Below are positions 1-12,600 of a stretch of 64,000 nt of DNA, in pieces. Where the stretch lies: positions 42,615,309 to 42,679,308 of the forward strand of contig NC_068991.1 of NCBI RefSeq assembly GCF_001194135.2. The letters run 5' to 3'. Source of the DNA: Octopus bimaculoides (taxonomy: Eukaryota). The position numbers and the translations under genes were made by a program. The notes beneath the pieces are model-generated. The model saw only the letters and a list, made by a program, of their open reading frames with translations. It was not told the DNA's origin and searched no databases. The first letter of the stretch is position 1. Each line of letters opens with the position of its first letter.

Positions 1-770
1 CTCGGAGAGTGTAGTGGGTGCTTTTACGTGCCAGTCAGGCGGTACTGGCAACGGCCACACTCAAAATGGTGTTTTTTATGTGCCACCTGCACAGGAGCCA
101 GTCCAGCGGCACTGGCAGCAACCTCACCCAAATGTTTTTTTCACGTGCCACCTATATAAGTGCCAGTAAGGTGATGCTGGTAACGATCACGCTCAAATGA
201 TGCTATTTACGTGCCACTGGCATGGAAGCCAGACAGCTGCTCTGGCAATGATCACGCTCCGACGGTGCTGTTAGTGCTCCACTGGCACAGGTGCCAGTCA
301 TTGAATTTGGTTCCATTACAATTTCGATTTCACTTGCCCCATCAGGTCTTCACAAGCAGAGTTTAGTTTTCAATGAAGGAAGGCTGGCATAGGTGCCAGT
401 CGTCAAATTTGGTTCGATTTCGATTTCACTTGCCTCCCAATGCAGGATAAGTGGGCTGGCGGAGGCCACGGATTATGGTCTCACTTGGCTTGCCGAGTCT
501 TCTCATGCACTGCATATTTCCGAATGTTTCGGTCACTAGTCATTGCCTCGGTGAGGCCTAATGTTCGAAGGTCGTGTTTCACCACCTCATCCCAGGTCTT
601 CCTGGGTCTACCCCTTCCACAGGTTCCCTCAACCGCTAAGGTGTGGCACTTTTTCATACAGCTATCCTCATCCATTCTGGCCACATGACCATACCAGCAC
701 AATCGTCTCTCTTGCACACCACAACTGATGCTTCTTAGGTTCAACTTTTCTCTCAAGGTAGTTACACACT
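1..770 (-). mobile_element. RTE-type non-LTR retrotransposon 3' fragment (end of ORF plus 3' UTR)
   Basis: ORF 481-756 (-) reads RRLCWYGHVARMDEDSCMKKC...GRGRPRKTW, the typical RTE-clade C-terminus. The 3' UTR continues to the window edge and matches 43277-44022. Confidence 0.88.
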
Positions 771-933
771 GTCAAGTATGTACACTATATATATCATCAT
801 CATCATCATCATCATCGTTTAACGTCCGCTTTCNNNNNNNNNNNNNNNNNNNNNNNNNNNNNNNNNNNNNNNNNNNNNNNNNNNNNNNNNNNNNNNNNNN
901 NNNNNNNNNNNNNNNNNNNNNNNNNNNNNNNNN

Positions 934-1104
934 TGTTGGTTTGACATTAACGAAGAACTACCCAAGAACTTCCTGTCATCTTGTATATTGAGCGACGTGG
1001 ACAGCAACCCAGGCCTTGCAGACGTAAACAACAAAAGCAGTGACGTAGACAACAATGTGTGTTTCGTGAACCACGAGACAGCAACGTTTTCGCAAACTTC
1101 GTGA
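934..1104 (+). CDS. Orphan open frame running out of an assembly gap; possible terminal exon fragment
   Basis: 56 sense codons directly after the N-gap: CWFDINEELPKNFLSSCILSDVDSNPGLADVNNKSSDVDNNVCFVNHETATFSQTS*. An AATAAA lies about 120 nt downstream. No family recognised. Confidence 0.2.
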   Translation, partial: CWFDINEELPKNFLSSCILSDVDSNPGLADVNNKSSDVDNNVCFVNHETATFSQTS

Positions 1105-2022
1105 CTAAGTTATTAAAACTTATTTCACTTGATTCAGAATTTTACTCTTCACATAAACCACCGTAGGTTACACTCAAGTTCGTGATAGGTGTTGCGAAGA
1201 ATTCCTTGGTCACTATTCAATCTTGAATAAATTTATTCAGGGAGGTAATATTTATCACCACTTAAATATGGATATGTTATTAAAACAAACTGTACTGCAG
1301 TAGATACTATGAGAGAAACTGTCTTCTTCTGCAGTACAATTTGTTCTAACAGAACATCTACGTTTAAGTGGCAATTGCCTTTGTCGCTAATATATTAGTA
1401 TATTCAATATACGAGCACATAAAAATAGAATAAAATGTCACTGCGACGTATACCTGACACTAAGAACTGCAATGACAGATCACGGTAATACTAAGACTTC
1501 TAAAACAACGACAATGGTAAAGTGCAGTCATCAAATGTACTATTCGTGTCATCTCTTTGATATATGAGAAAGCAGAACTAACTCTCGATATCGCAAAAGA
1601 TTTTGAGAGCAAAACAGAAATGACACGAAACTGACAGTACAAAGTAGTTCATTTTATACTAAGGAAGGCATAGGTGTGCCTGTATAAGAGGTTTGCTCGC
1701 CAACCATGAAGTCCATCTGATGTGTATCATCACCATCATCATCATCATTCAACGTCCGTCTCCCATGCTGGCATGGGTCAGACGGTATAACGAGAGTCAG
1801 CAAGCCAGAGAACTGCATCAGGTTCCAGTCTGACTCGGCTTGGTTTCTATGACTGAATGCCCTTTCTAACGCCAACCACTTTACAACGTGTGTTGGGTGC
1901 TTCTTAACGTGACACCGGCACAGGATTATTGCAGGCCAATCCTCTTCATCATTGGGGGGGGGGGGCAGCCTTAGTACTTTTGTGGTCTTCTTCAGTACAA
2001 CAAGGCACCACACACATATGCA

Positions 2023-2885
2023 CAGGGTGTGATGGGTAAATTTCCCCAATTTTATATTTTTAATTTTGCGCATGCGCATTGTTTGTTTTTGATTTTCTCG
2101 ACAACACAATATGGTGGGGTCAGTTGGGCACCGTCTGTAAAAAAACAGCGCCATTACACAATTTACTCTGTCAGAAATTTGAAAACAACATGCTGTAGTG
2201 CTTGACATTCACGTCAGAAGCGTCAATACGAACATTTCAGAGTGTTTGGGTGTCAATCTGAGGACATGTACCAAGAGTGATAAAAATCAAACATCCAGTC
2301 AACATTGTGGTATTTGGAGTGATCACTTGTGATGGTGACGTTATGCCTCCATTCATCTTCCCACACAACCTCAGACTCAACACAGAGGCCTACATAAAGT
2401 GCCTGGAGGAGGTAGTGCTGCCTTGGGTCAAAAGGAAGGCTGCTGGAAGACCCTATGTCTGGCAACAGGACTCTGCACCATGCCACACAAACAGGAGAAT
2501 CCAGTCATGGCTGTCAGACAATTTCTGCAACCACATCACCCCTAACATCTAGCCACCAAACTCCCCAGATTGCAACCCTCTTAATTATTATGTGTGGGGT
2601 ACAGTTGAACGAGAGACCAACAAAACTCCTTCTAACATCAAAGATGAATGGAAAGCAAGGATTATGGCAACATTCACCAACTTAAATGAGGAGACCATCC
2701 AGAAGAGTTGCAGCAGATTCCGAAGTCATCTGGAGAACATGGTTGAAGCCAATGGTGATTTTATTCAATACATTTCCTCTCAAGATATTTTTATGTAATT
2801 TTGGTAAATATATCTGCTAAAACGAGATGTCAGTGTTATTTTCATTTCTGCATAATTTAGATAACAGTTTAATCACTACACCCTG
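2023..2885 (+). mobile_element. Tc1/mariner DD37D (maT-like) transposon, internally deleted, copy 1
   Basis: Ends CAGGGTGT...ACACCCTG followed by TA. Transposase remnant VVFGVITCDG...WQQDSAPCH...[10 protein letters not shown](N)YYVWG, with 37 residues between the second D and the third catalytic position. Confidence 0.9.
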
Positions 2886-3049
2886 TATATAGATATTTTA
2901 CTTTTTCAGTCATTTGACTGTGGCCATGCTGTAGCATCACCTTTAGTCGAACAAATCAACCCCAGGACTTATTCTTTGTAAGCCTAGTACTTATTTTATC
3001 AGTCTCTTTTGCCGAACCACTAAGTTACTGGGACATAAACACATCAACA

Positions 3050-3087
<38 letters not shown>

Positions 3088-3425
3088 CATACATGTCCTA
3101 TACCCATATATGCACAAATACATATATGGGTACAGGTTTTAGTTAGCCCAATGCTATAGTAGAAGACACTTGCGCAAGGTGCCATGGATTGGGACTGAAC
3201 CTAGAACATGTGGTTGGGAAGCAAGCTTCTTACCACGCAGCCACTCCTGCACCTAAAACTGCAAAAACATCATAACTGCCCAATGAATGGGAACATGGAA
3301 CTCTGAGTAGCAGGATTTTGATGATGGTTTTGCAGCTTTAATAAAAAAAAAAGCACATTACGCTACCTTCTGTATTAAAGAACTATTTTTTTTCACCTTG
3401 TTTTGCATTTATGTGCTTACTCATG

Positions 3426-3464
<39 letters not shown>

Positions 3465-4536
3465 TATATAATTTATAATTATATAATATAATTATATTAA
3501 AGGGTGTGGATAAACCCTACCAACACCCTAGAAATAGATACCAAATGTCTCTAGAAACCACGTCTATACTCCTTTAGCACAGGTTGTAAGCAGGCAGATG
3601 AAAAAAAAATGAATAAGATTTTTGGGAAAAGGTGGGTAATTGTAGATTGATTTCTGACCTTGCTATCTTCAGAACAATATGTCAAAGTTTCCAGATGCAA
3701 ATGTTTATACATACCCATACAAACAATATTTTCACGACTGTACACATACAATATGCATTTCCATAAATTTATTGTTTCAAAAAGTTATATGTGACACACA
3801 TGCAACTGAATTAGTTATATTGATTTCAAATTTTGGCACAAGGCCAGGAATTTTGGGGCAGGGGTTAAGTCAATTACATCAACTCCGTTACTCAATTGGT
3901 ATTTATTTTATTGACCCCAAAATGATGAAAGGCAAATTCAACCTTAGCAGAATTTGAACTCAGAATGTAGTCAAACAAAATGCTGCTAAGCATTTTGTCC
4001 AGTGTACTATTGATTCTGCCAGCTCACTGCCTTCATAAGTGAATTAATTATATTGAAAAACATGCTTTGTAGCATGTATGTGTTATTTAACACTTTATGA
4101 TGAGTAAGATAGCAAAAATGTGTTACTGTTATATGATGCATGTACATTGTTATTATAAACAGAATGAGGCAGGTAATTGTATAGAAAGATATTTGCATGT
4201 ATGTAGATATGTATATATGTATATATGTATGTCAGCATTACAACACAAGGTTTATTACTCTTTATCAAGCATGGTATACAAAGTATGTTATGCAAAAAAC
4301 AGGAAGAATGTAAAAGCACATTTCTTGGAACAAAACAACAGAATTCCTTGTAGAGTCTAAGGTGACTTTATCTGAGGCTTCAATACTCCGATAACCCTAA
4401 GTAAAGCTTCTAGAACCTTTTGAAATACAATTTGATGGGAATTTACACAACTTTTCTTTAATGTCTACTACCCCTACTTGTTTACATGCCAGCCAATACT
4501 GATTCATCAACAAACATTTATGTAGGCATTCATATC

Positions 4537-5652
4537 TTATGGTAATATAATTGAGTTTATGGGGTTGGTCATGCCTTTTATGGAAAGATAATTAGGCCAT
4601 GGTCCTATGCTGGGAATCTGAGTGAGGTGCCTGTAATCTGTCTGAAGTATTGTAACAATATTTTTACTAATCTTAACTTTATCAACAGTTCACTCACTGT
4701 GACAAGATAAAATAGATTACTGTTTTATTGTACCATTAATATCATTGCTTATAAAGATTAAAGGAATTAATAAGTCATCTTTATTTTGCCAAGCTGAGAT
4801 TGCAGAAATAGTAGAGTGTTTGGACCAAAGCCTTGCATTAAACCAGTATCAATACAATGACTAACAGTGATAAACTGAATTCACTTGTTTATACTATTTC
4901 TTTCAATACCTTACAAATGGTTTATTTTGCCTGATACTGTAGAATACATTATGATGGGTGAAACCTGGCAGTTTGCTGTGTTTATAAATAGTTTGTAAAA
5001 TATGTAAAATACTTCACACAAGGACACATATGGAGACACATGTCCACACATATGGAGATGCACATCCATACATACAAACATGGTACATAGTTGCAAAACA
5101 CACACAAGGAGACAGAGGTGCATACATATACAAACACACGCACACACACACATACATAAAAAATACACAAACAAGGACATGCAAGCACATGAATATGCAG
5201 AATACATACATACATATATACATACACACTTGCATACATACATACATACATGCATAGGCACACACACACACTAACCCACACACATGCGCACAAACAAACA
5301 AAAAGGAATGCAGTGTAAATAACAGACAGAGTCAAGACTATTGAAAAGGTTACAAGATGCAACGAAAATTTTAGGAAAATAAAAATGAGGAATAAGTGGA
5401 AATTTTACCAGTGAGTGTGTTAAATTATAAGGCACAAAAAGAAAATGACTCTCCCCAGACAACAGAATATGCTTCAACATACGAACTCACATAAAGAACC
5501 TTGCAAACTAAATCCCACAACGAAATAAATATTGCTTTGTGAAATATTTTCAGAAATGAAGTTTGGTCTGTTGAGATCAAAGCCATTTGGGTTTTCCAGA
5601 ATTGCTCTGGCTACTTCATTGCCTGACCTTGAATTCATCATTTTAGATGAGT
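4537..5652 (-). CDS. Candidate unannotated multi-exon gene divergent from YIF1 (putative exons 5652-5491, 4975-4915, 4641-4605 or 4641-4537)
   Basis: Three minus-strand segments have plausible splice sites (tacaacag|...|GTGAGT, taaacacag|...|GTAAGG, tacttcag|) and splice into an open frame. No recognised homology, and the frame of the last two exons is ambiguous. Confidence 0.3.
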
Positions 5653-7619
5653 CTGTTGTAAAACATGTTTCTTATATTTTTGATAATTTAGATACAAACA
5701 CTAATTTACCTATTATTTTACATCTGGATGGTCTCTGAGTAATTAATGCCAGTGATTTAATTGTTAAAATATACATATGAACAATATTGTACTTCTTCAT
5801 CACTACTTTGACAAGAATGGTGAAGTTTATGCTTCACTTAAGGGAACTAATAAAACTGAAATATATTCAGAATTATCTGCTGCATATTTGCTGAAATGAT
5901 TAAAATAATATTAGTCATTGAACCAATGTTGTTTTTTCATTTTTATTTTTTTATTCTTTTACTTGTTTCAGTCATTTTGATTGTGGCCATGATGGATCAC
6001 CACATTGAAGGCTTTTACTTGAAAAATCGACCCCAGGACTTATTTTTAAGTGTAGTACTTATTCTATTGGTCTCTTTTGCTGAACTGCTAAGTTAGGGTG
6101 ACATAAACACATCAACACTGCTTGTCAAATGGTGATGGAGGGACAAACACAGACACAAAGACACACACATTGATATATACATGTTTATATATGTGTGTAT
6201 GTGTATAAGCATATACGACAGGCTTCTTTCAGTTCCCTCTACCAAATCCACTCACAAGACTTTGGTCAGCCTAAGGCTATAAAGTTGGTTTGTTTACTTT
6301 CTAGTGAGTTTGTTGTTTGGCCAACGAGACTGACAAAATGAGTATTGTCAATTTGACTAAACCCTTCAAGACATGGCCACAATCCAATGATTGAAACAAG
6401 TAAAAGACCAAAGATCCAATAGAGGAAGATTTATCTCATTCGATAAATGCCATTTAGTGTTTAGCACTGGTTCTTAATAATCCCTCATATTTAAACTTTC
6501 TTTTTTCAATTTAATGTCTATGAGAGGAAATGAATTTTCCTGTATTAGTTTTTTTTCTGTACTCTGATCAATTTTAGCACTCTTGTTCTTTCCATCTATG
6601 AGCTGCATCTCCATATGTTACCTAGTTTAAAATGGATAAACTGGGTTGTTGAGAGATATAGGTATGTTATAATGACACCATAGAGCTGCTGACAGGATAG
6701 GAACAATAGCCTACCTTTGGCATGTAGACTGACATTCTACAGATTCAGCCAGCTGTAACTCTCATACTAAAAGACACAGATATTGAATGGAATGAAAGTA
6801 ACTGATACATATCTGTAGTAAATGCACTAGATATTTCTTTTGTAATCTGCTTCTAAACAGACTTCCTGAATCTTTATTCCTATGCTTTTGATTAAGTAGA
6901 TTTCTCTTAATTTCTATGTGTTGCATTACAATACAATTAACCTACTGAAATTTTACAACTGACTTTTCAATTCTGTCTCTCTCATTTTCTCAATAACCAG
7001 TCACTAATCTCTTTACTCTTCCCTGTTCCCTGCTTAATACCCCCATTACCACCCACTTACTATCCCTCATCTCTTCGCTCACATTATCTTGTTCTTCCTA
7101 TTATAGGGACTACTTTAAGCCCTTAGTCTACAAGTTACACTACAATTCTCACTTTCTTATGTAATACTGGAGTTCAACGGAAAATTGTTTATGAACTTTA
7201 AGGGAAATTTAGCTGCTAAATCTTCAGGTCAAGCATTTACATAGAAACTTTTTTGACATTCTATAGAAATTTTCTTCTGCCTAATTGCTTTTAGCAGCAC
7301 ATCAACCCTGACCGAGTAGACCCGTAACCAAAGGCAGTGCAGCTATCAGTTCATCTTTTCAGAATCATGGTTATCTAAGACTATATTACTTAATGTGTCC
7401 TTCCATTTTGATGATGGATGTGGTTTTTTAAGGACATTTATCTACTACTTTTACCAGATCAAGCCATCACGCAGAAGCTTTCTTGTTGGTCCATGTAACA
7501 TTGCATCTTTTAGGTTCTACCGCCGCCAATTGAGTAGCTGATGATGTAGTTCATAGTAAAATAATTTGCATTAAAAAAACCCCAACTATAAAATCTTGCA
7601 ATTGATTTAAATATCTGAA

Positions 7620-7993
7620 TTTACAGAATCATCTAACTCATTCCTGTAGACAGTTACAAACACGCTAAAAAATATGAAGTAGTAGTAAGAAAATCAAGTT
7701 AGAGCTGAACGGCAGAAAGCCTTCAGAGAAGAAAACCTCGCTCATACAAGCATTTTGGCCCTTGAATCCTTGTAAGAATCATCTACTCCATTCCTGTAGA
7801 CAGTTATAAATAAACACGCTAAAAATATATGAATAACAATAAAAGAAGTTGGCTGGGAGTATTTCGTAACTGTGGTTGAGTTAGTTCCCTTTTCATAGCT
7901 CTTCATTGCTGATGAACACTAAAGTAAGAGTTGTGTGCGACGTGTATCTTCATCAGCCAGTTTTAGATAGACCGAGCTCCTGCTGTCATAGGG
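7620..7993 (+). promoter_or_regulatory. Probable YIF1 promoter / 5' UTR region (possibly bidirectional)
   Basis: Repeat-free, locally CpG-richer stretch immediately upstream of the exon-1 ATG. The transcription start cannot be determined from sequence. Confidence 0.4.
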
Positions 7994-8021
7994 ATGGATG
8001 TGCCACCTGGCTTCAGACAGC
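7994..8021 (+). CDS. YIF1B: YIF1 coding exon 1 (MDVPPGFRQ + 1 nt)
   Basis: ATG at 7994 followed by a strong donor C|GTAAGT at 8022. Phase 1 matches exon 2 (C+CT = Pro). The surrounding sequence is locally CpG-richer and promoter-like. The link to exon 2 across 27 kb is inferred. Confidence 0.8.
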
Positions 8022-8746
8022 GTAAGTGTACGTCAATTTCAACAATAATGGGTGTTGTATGCTGTGATTACACCGCTTGTTATAGAATTACATTACGCTT
8101 TCAATTTGAAAAAAAAAATTGTTTTGTTTTCTGTTAATTTCAGTTAAGTTACAGCTTCACGTCAATCCATCTGATTTGTGTGTACGTCAAATGCATGCAT
8201 AGAACACTTTTTTTCCGTTTCCAAGTGTTTGCACAAAACAAGCCTCGAATCTTTTTACTTCTTTGATGGCTTAAAAAAAGTTCGACACACGCATACGTGT
8301 GTATATATATGCTTATTTTGTGAAAAGAAAAGAAACAAACAGAAAAGTACATTTTCCTCTTCCTAGTAAAATGTATGCAAATTATGGTTTTCAGAAATAC
8401 TTGTAAATAAAAAAAAGAATAATGATAATAATAATAGTGTATAACTTAACAAAGCAGCTTTAACTTACATCTAATGTAAAAATATTCTCCATTTTTTTTT
8501 TTTTTTTCATTTCTTCAGTTTTGTTCTCATTTTTATTTTGGGTGACGTTTCAACAGTACATAAGTTCCAAAACTGCTGAGTTGGTTAAATAATACTTCTT
8601 GAGTTTATCTTTGGAACGTCACTATATAAAGCTATATTGGCATTCTTTCGATATCGAAAGAGTGCCGCTATATTTGTTTTACAAGAATCAATATATATAT
8701 AAATAATATATAAATATATGCATATATCCATACATATATGTACATA

Positions 8747-8830
<84 letters not shown>

Positions 8831-9576
8831 TGGGTACAGGACATCAAAAAACGTTGAACACAATGAGAAGCGAAAACAAATATATATATTTTATTATTAT
8901 TATTATTATTTTGTATTGGTGCTGATTGTCATCAGACCTCTGATTATGAAGCAGTTATGTTTATTGTTTGTTCACCATCAGGTTGGCCCTGATTAAACAT
9001 ACCTGTAATCAAAGACTTTCCCACGTTGTCTATTTTTATTTTGCTAGTGTGTTGGAAAGATTACACAGTCTTATGTGATCTTTCCCTTTTAAAAAAGTGA
9101 GTTGGAATTTTTTACTATTTCTAGCAGATCGAACGACTACATAAATGTTAGTTTGTTGAGTTTATTGTGTTATTCATAACTTGCATTAGTTTTCATCATT
9201 TAACTAGCCACAGATTTTGATCAATATTGTGGCATTCTATCGTTTGTGACAATATTCCGCCTGCAAACAAGTCTGTTACTGCAGTAAGGTAAACCGTTAT
9301 TAATCAGATGCTTGAGAAGAAGACGATCAAGTAAGATCGCTATGCAGGTGTGTCACTGTGTATCTAGGATGTGTAAAAGGACCCCATGATGTAACTTCAG
9401 GATTTTACCAATTGGAATCTGCAACTAACATCGATTCATGGAACAGTTTCACACATGTTATGCATGATTCTAAGAACTTCTCTTTTTTTCACAAATCTGA
9501 AGCGTCGATGGTAATATGTAGGTGTAACTATAAATTCGCTCACCTCCATATTTTCACAGTTTCTGATAATTTTATG

Positions 9577-9617
<41 letters not shown>

Positions 9618-12600
9618 TTTAGTCGGTCCCTTGCGAGCAAGTGATAATTTATCTGTAACAAAAAGAATAATATAATTTTTTTTTCGTAACGTTTCATGTA
9701 TAAGTTTCTTTCGTTGTTTAACCCCCAAATCCCTGATGAAGCAAACTTATGATCAAAAGATTCCAGCCGTGGCTCACACCCCGTCTGTTTAAATTTGACT
9801 GTTATTTCTAGCAGTTAGAGTGACGACATAGAGGCTCTCTCGTTGACTCATTTTATGAGGCGATGCCAAACTGCAGTTGCACCACCAAAATATATGTACA
9901 TAGTTTGGTGTGAAATATTTGGATTACAGGGGTTTCTTTAATGTTTTGCTAGTACCTTTATTAACCATATCTGCTATTTTTTTAATTGCGTGGAATGTAT
10001 CGCCCCGTTACACTATAAATAAATAGACAGCTAAATGTTCTCGTCACCCATCACCAACTAGCCACCCTTCTCGCACCTGTCTACGATTCCCATGATAGGT
10101 GAAGTTAGACTTAAGTTTCTTCTTGTCTATATTTGTATAGGTTTACTTAGTGTTCAACAACATACGTTATATCTTTTAAACAGCATAACTACAGATGTGT
10201 AAACACCTACCAATTTTTTTGTTTGTTTGTTTCCTAATCGAATTACTTATTTCGTGTCAGTGTTTGTGTAATGATTTCTTGAAACATTATTAATTGTTGT
10301 GTAAATATTATTGATCAAACGGATTATTAAATTATTCGTGTATTTACGACATATATTTTTGTCGTAGCTGTGGTGTTAAGTAATCCTGAGTTGGCTTTGA
10401 TCCATTTAGTCGATGTCACTGAGGTAGATTTATCAAAGTGTTCGATTATCTTCAGATATTAAATAATTCCTTCATTAAGATTTAAGAGTACGTGGTGAAA
10501 GTTGTGACTACTGCATTGAATAGGTCGAGGGAATTACACATACACAAACACACCCTCTCTTCCGGTTTGTGTTAGGGTTCTTATTTTAAATTTTTGCTGG
10601 TTAATTTGTTTAGTAACTAGGAGCAATTTATAGATTTTATTGCCTTTACAAAAACGATAATGTTTCTTGACGAACTACGATAAAGTAATTAAATTGATTC
10701 CTCTAATAATAATTCTGGTTAATGTCTGCTATAGGCACATGGCCAGAAATTTTCTAGGGGAGGAGGCTAGTCGATTACATCGACTCCAGCGACCTCGGTG
10801 GAATTTGAACTTAGAGCGTAGAGACAGACGAAATGCCGCTAAGCGTTTTGTCCGGTGTGCTAACGATTCTGCCAGTTCACCGCTTTTACAATAATAGTAA
10901 TATTGTTTGTAATTTTCGTACAAGGCTAGCAATTTTGAAGGAGGGTGTTAGTTGGTAACATTGACTCCAGTACTTAACTGGCACTTAAGCCCCCCCCCCC
11001 CGGACGGATGAAAAGCAAAGTTGACCTCAGTGCAATTTGATCTTAAAACGTAAAGAAGCACACTCTTCTTCCTCCTGGCAAATTAGTGAACTTCTGGTAC
11101 CAACAATTTGGCACATACAGACCATCGCTAGTTTCCTTGGACTCTACTGCTTCACTTTGATATTTTTCAAATAGTTGAACTGTATTAAAACTTAATAACA
11201 GTTTAGATAACTGTAAAGTAGTGGTAGGTTTTACAGACCATAGAAAGCCAAGCTTTTTTTACAATTAGTATAGTATGACTGCCTTAGACAGTCATAACCA
11301 CTGCTTTGTGTATCTAAAATCCTTTCGCTCTCTATTTAGGTACCAGTCCCCAGAGACATGCATCCCATTTCCTAAACACCATATTTAACATTTCATTCAG
11401 ATCTTATTAGTTCAAATGATCAGTATTTTAACACTAACTTCATTCATAACTTGAATTATACCTATCTGCCATTGGAGGATCTAAAAAACAGTTTATAGCG
11501 ATTGTACATTTTCCCCTGATCAAATAGTGTAATTTTGGTAATTCTAGCCTCTCAGTATTCATAATTTTAATGAATTAATAATCATTCTTCCTTTGTTCTA
11601 TTATGAATTTTATAAATTTCCTGTTTCTTGTTTATATTTTTTCTTTCTTTTATTGTTTAGTTATTTTAGAAATCTAAATCTTAGAAAAAAATGTGTGTTA
11701 TTGGATTTAAATCATTCTACATTGTCAGTGACCAACATCATATTGTTTGCACTTAACACTGAAGTTGCATCTACCCATAGCCATATACTTATTCTTACTA
11801 TTCTCATTGTTTAACTACCAGACGTTTTCTACCCTATAACATATTGTCACCCATCTTCGAACTGTATTGTTTAGCCATTTAGGCCCAGCATGCTAAGAAT
11901 CAACTTCACTACTAATTATTATACATTCTCTTGACTTGAGTACCTTCCACCAAATAAATTATAATATTTTGTAGTGTCATTCATTCATAGCACATGTTTG
12001 TACATGTGCAGCTGTATCTTCTTGATTCAACTGTACTCAGTTTTCAGACAAGTTGACATTACACATGTACGAGAATTCACTGTCTCTGTAGATTTTCTGT
12101 ATTCATTGTCTCATGTTCCAATACCTGCACCATGCTTCTAACACACTTTTCATTCAGTCTCTTTTGGCATTAAGAGAAGAACCCTTTGTTGCCACCTTTT
12201 TCTTACATTCCCATATTTTCACTACATCTAATATTTATATGATCACGTTTTTGGACTTCATTTCATAACCTGCCAAAGATTCCACTTTGTGTTTCATGTA
12301 CCCATTGTTGGTACTAAGCATTCATACATCTTACATATCGAGCCAGACCACTTCTCAAATAATTTTTGGATTTTGTGTTCCCTACTACTATTTACTACAT
12401 TACCAGCATTTTTTAAAATATGGGTTACATTTTAAACTTTCTTTTACCGTAATTGTTTCCATGTAAATGTGTGTGCACACATACACAGTTACAGGAATAC
12501 ACACACACACACACGTATATATGTATAAAACAATGAAGGCAGCTATATGCAATATAAAACCAGAAAGGAAAAATTCAGTCGTCACTAGCTGTGACTGAGG

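Noticed and set aside
2067-2078. TGCGCATGCGCA NRF1-type palindrome as a promoter site
   Set aside because: It lies in the subterminal region of the maT transposon, with no evidence of a nearby gene start.
1654-2208. 184-aa minus-strand ORF
   Set aside because: A chimeric read-through of the antisense maT end and an RTE 3' UTR copy, with no coherent protein features.
4911-5362. Val/Cys/Tyr/His-rich ORFs (also 8585-8996, 28402-28715, 46294-46632, 56474-56931)
   Set aside because: Translations of (TG)n/(TA)n/(TATG)n microsatellites, which lack stops in some frames.
5532-5738. Plus-strand ORF MKFGLLRSKPF...
   Set aside because: It is the antisense shadow of the candidate minus-strand exon. No splice support or homology recognised.
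6717-6768. Minus-strand exon-like segment with good acceptor and GTAGGC donor as an upstream exon of the candidate gene
   Set aside because: Stops in all three frames, and I could not link it in phase to the downstream candidate exons. It could only be UTR, which is unsupported.
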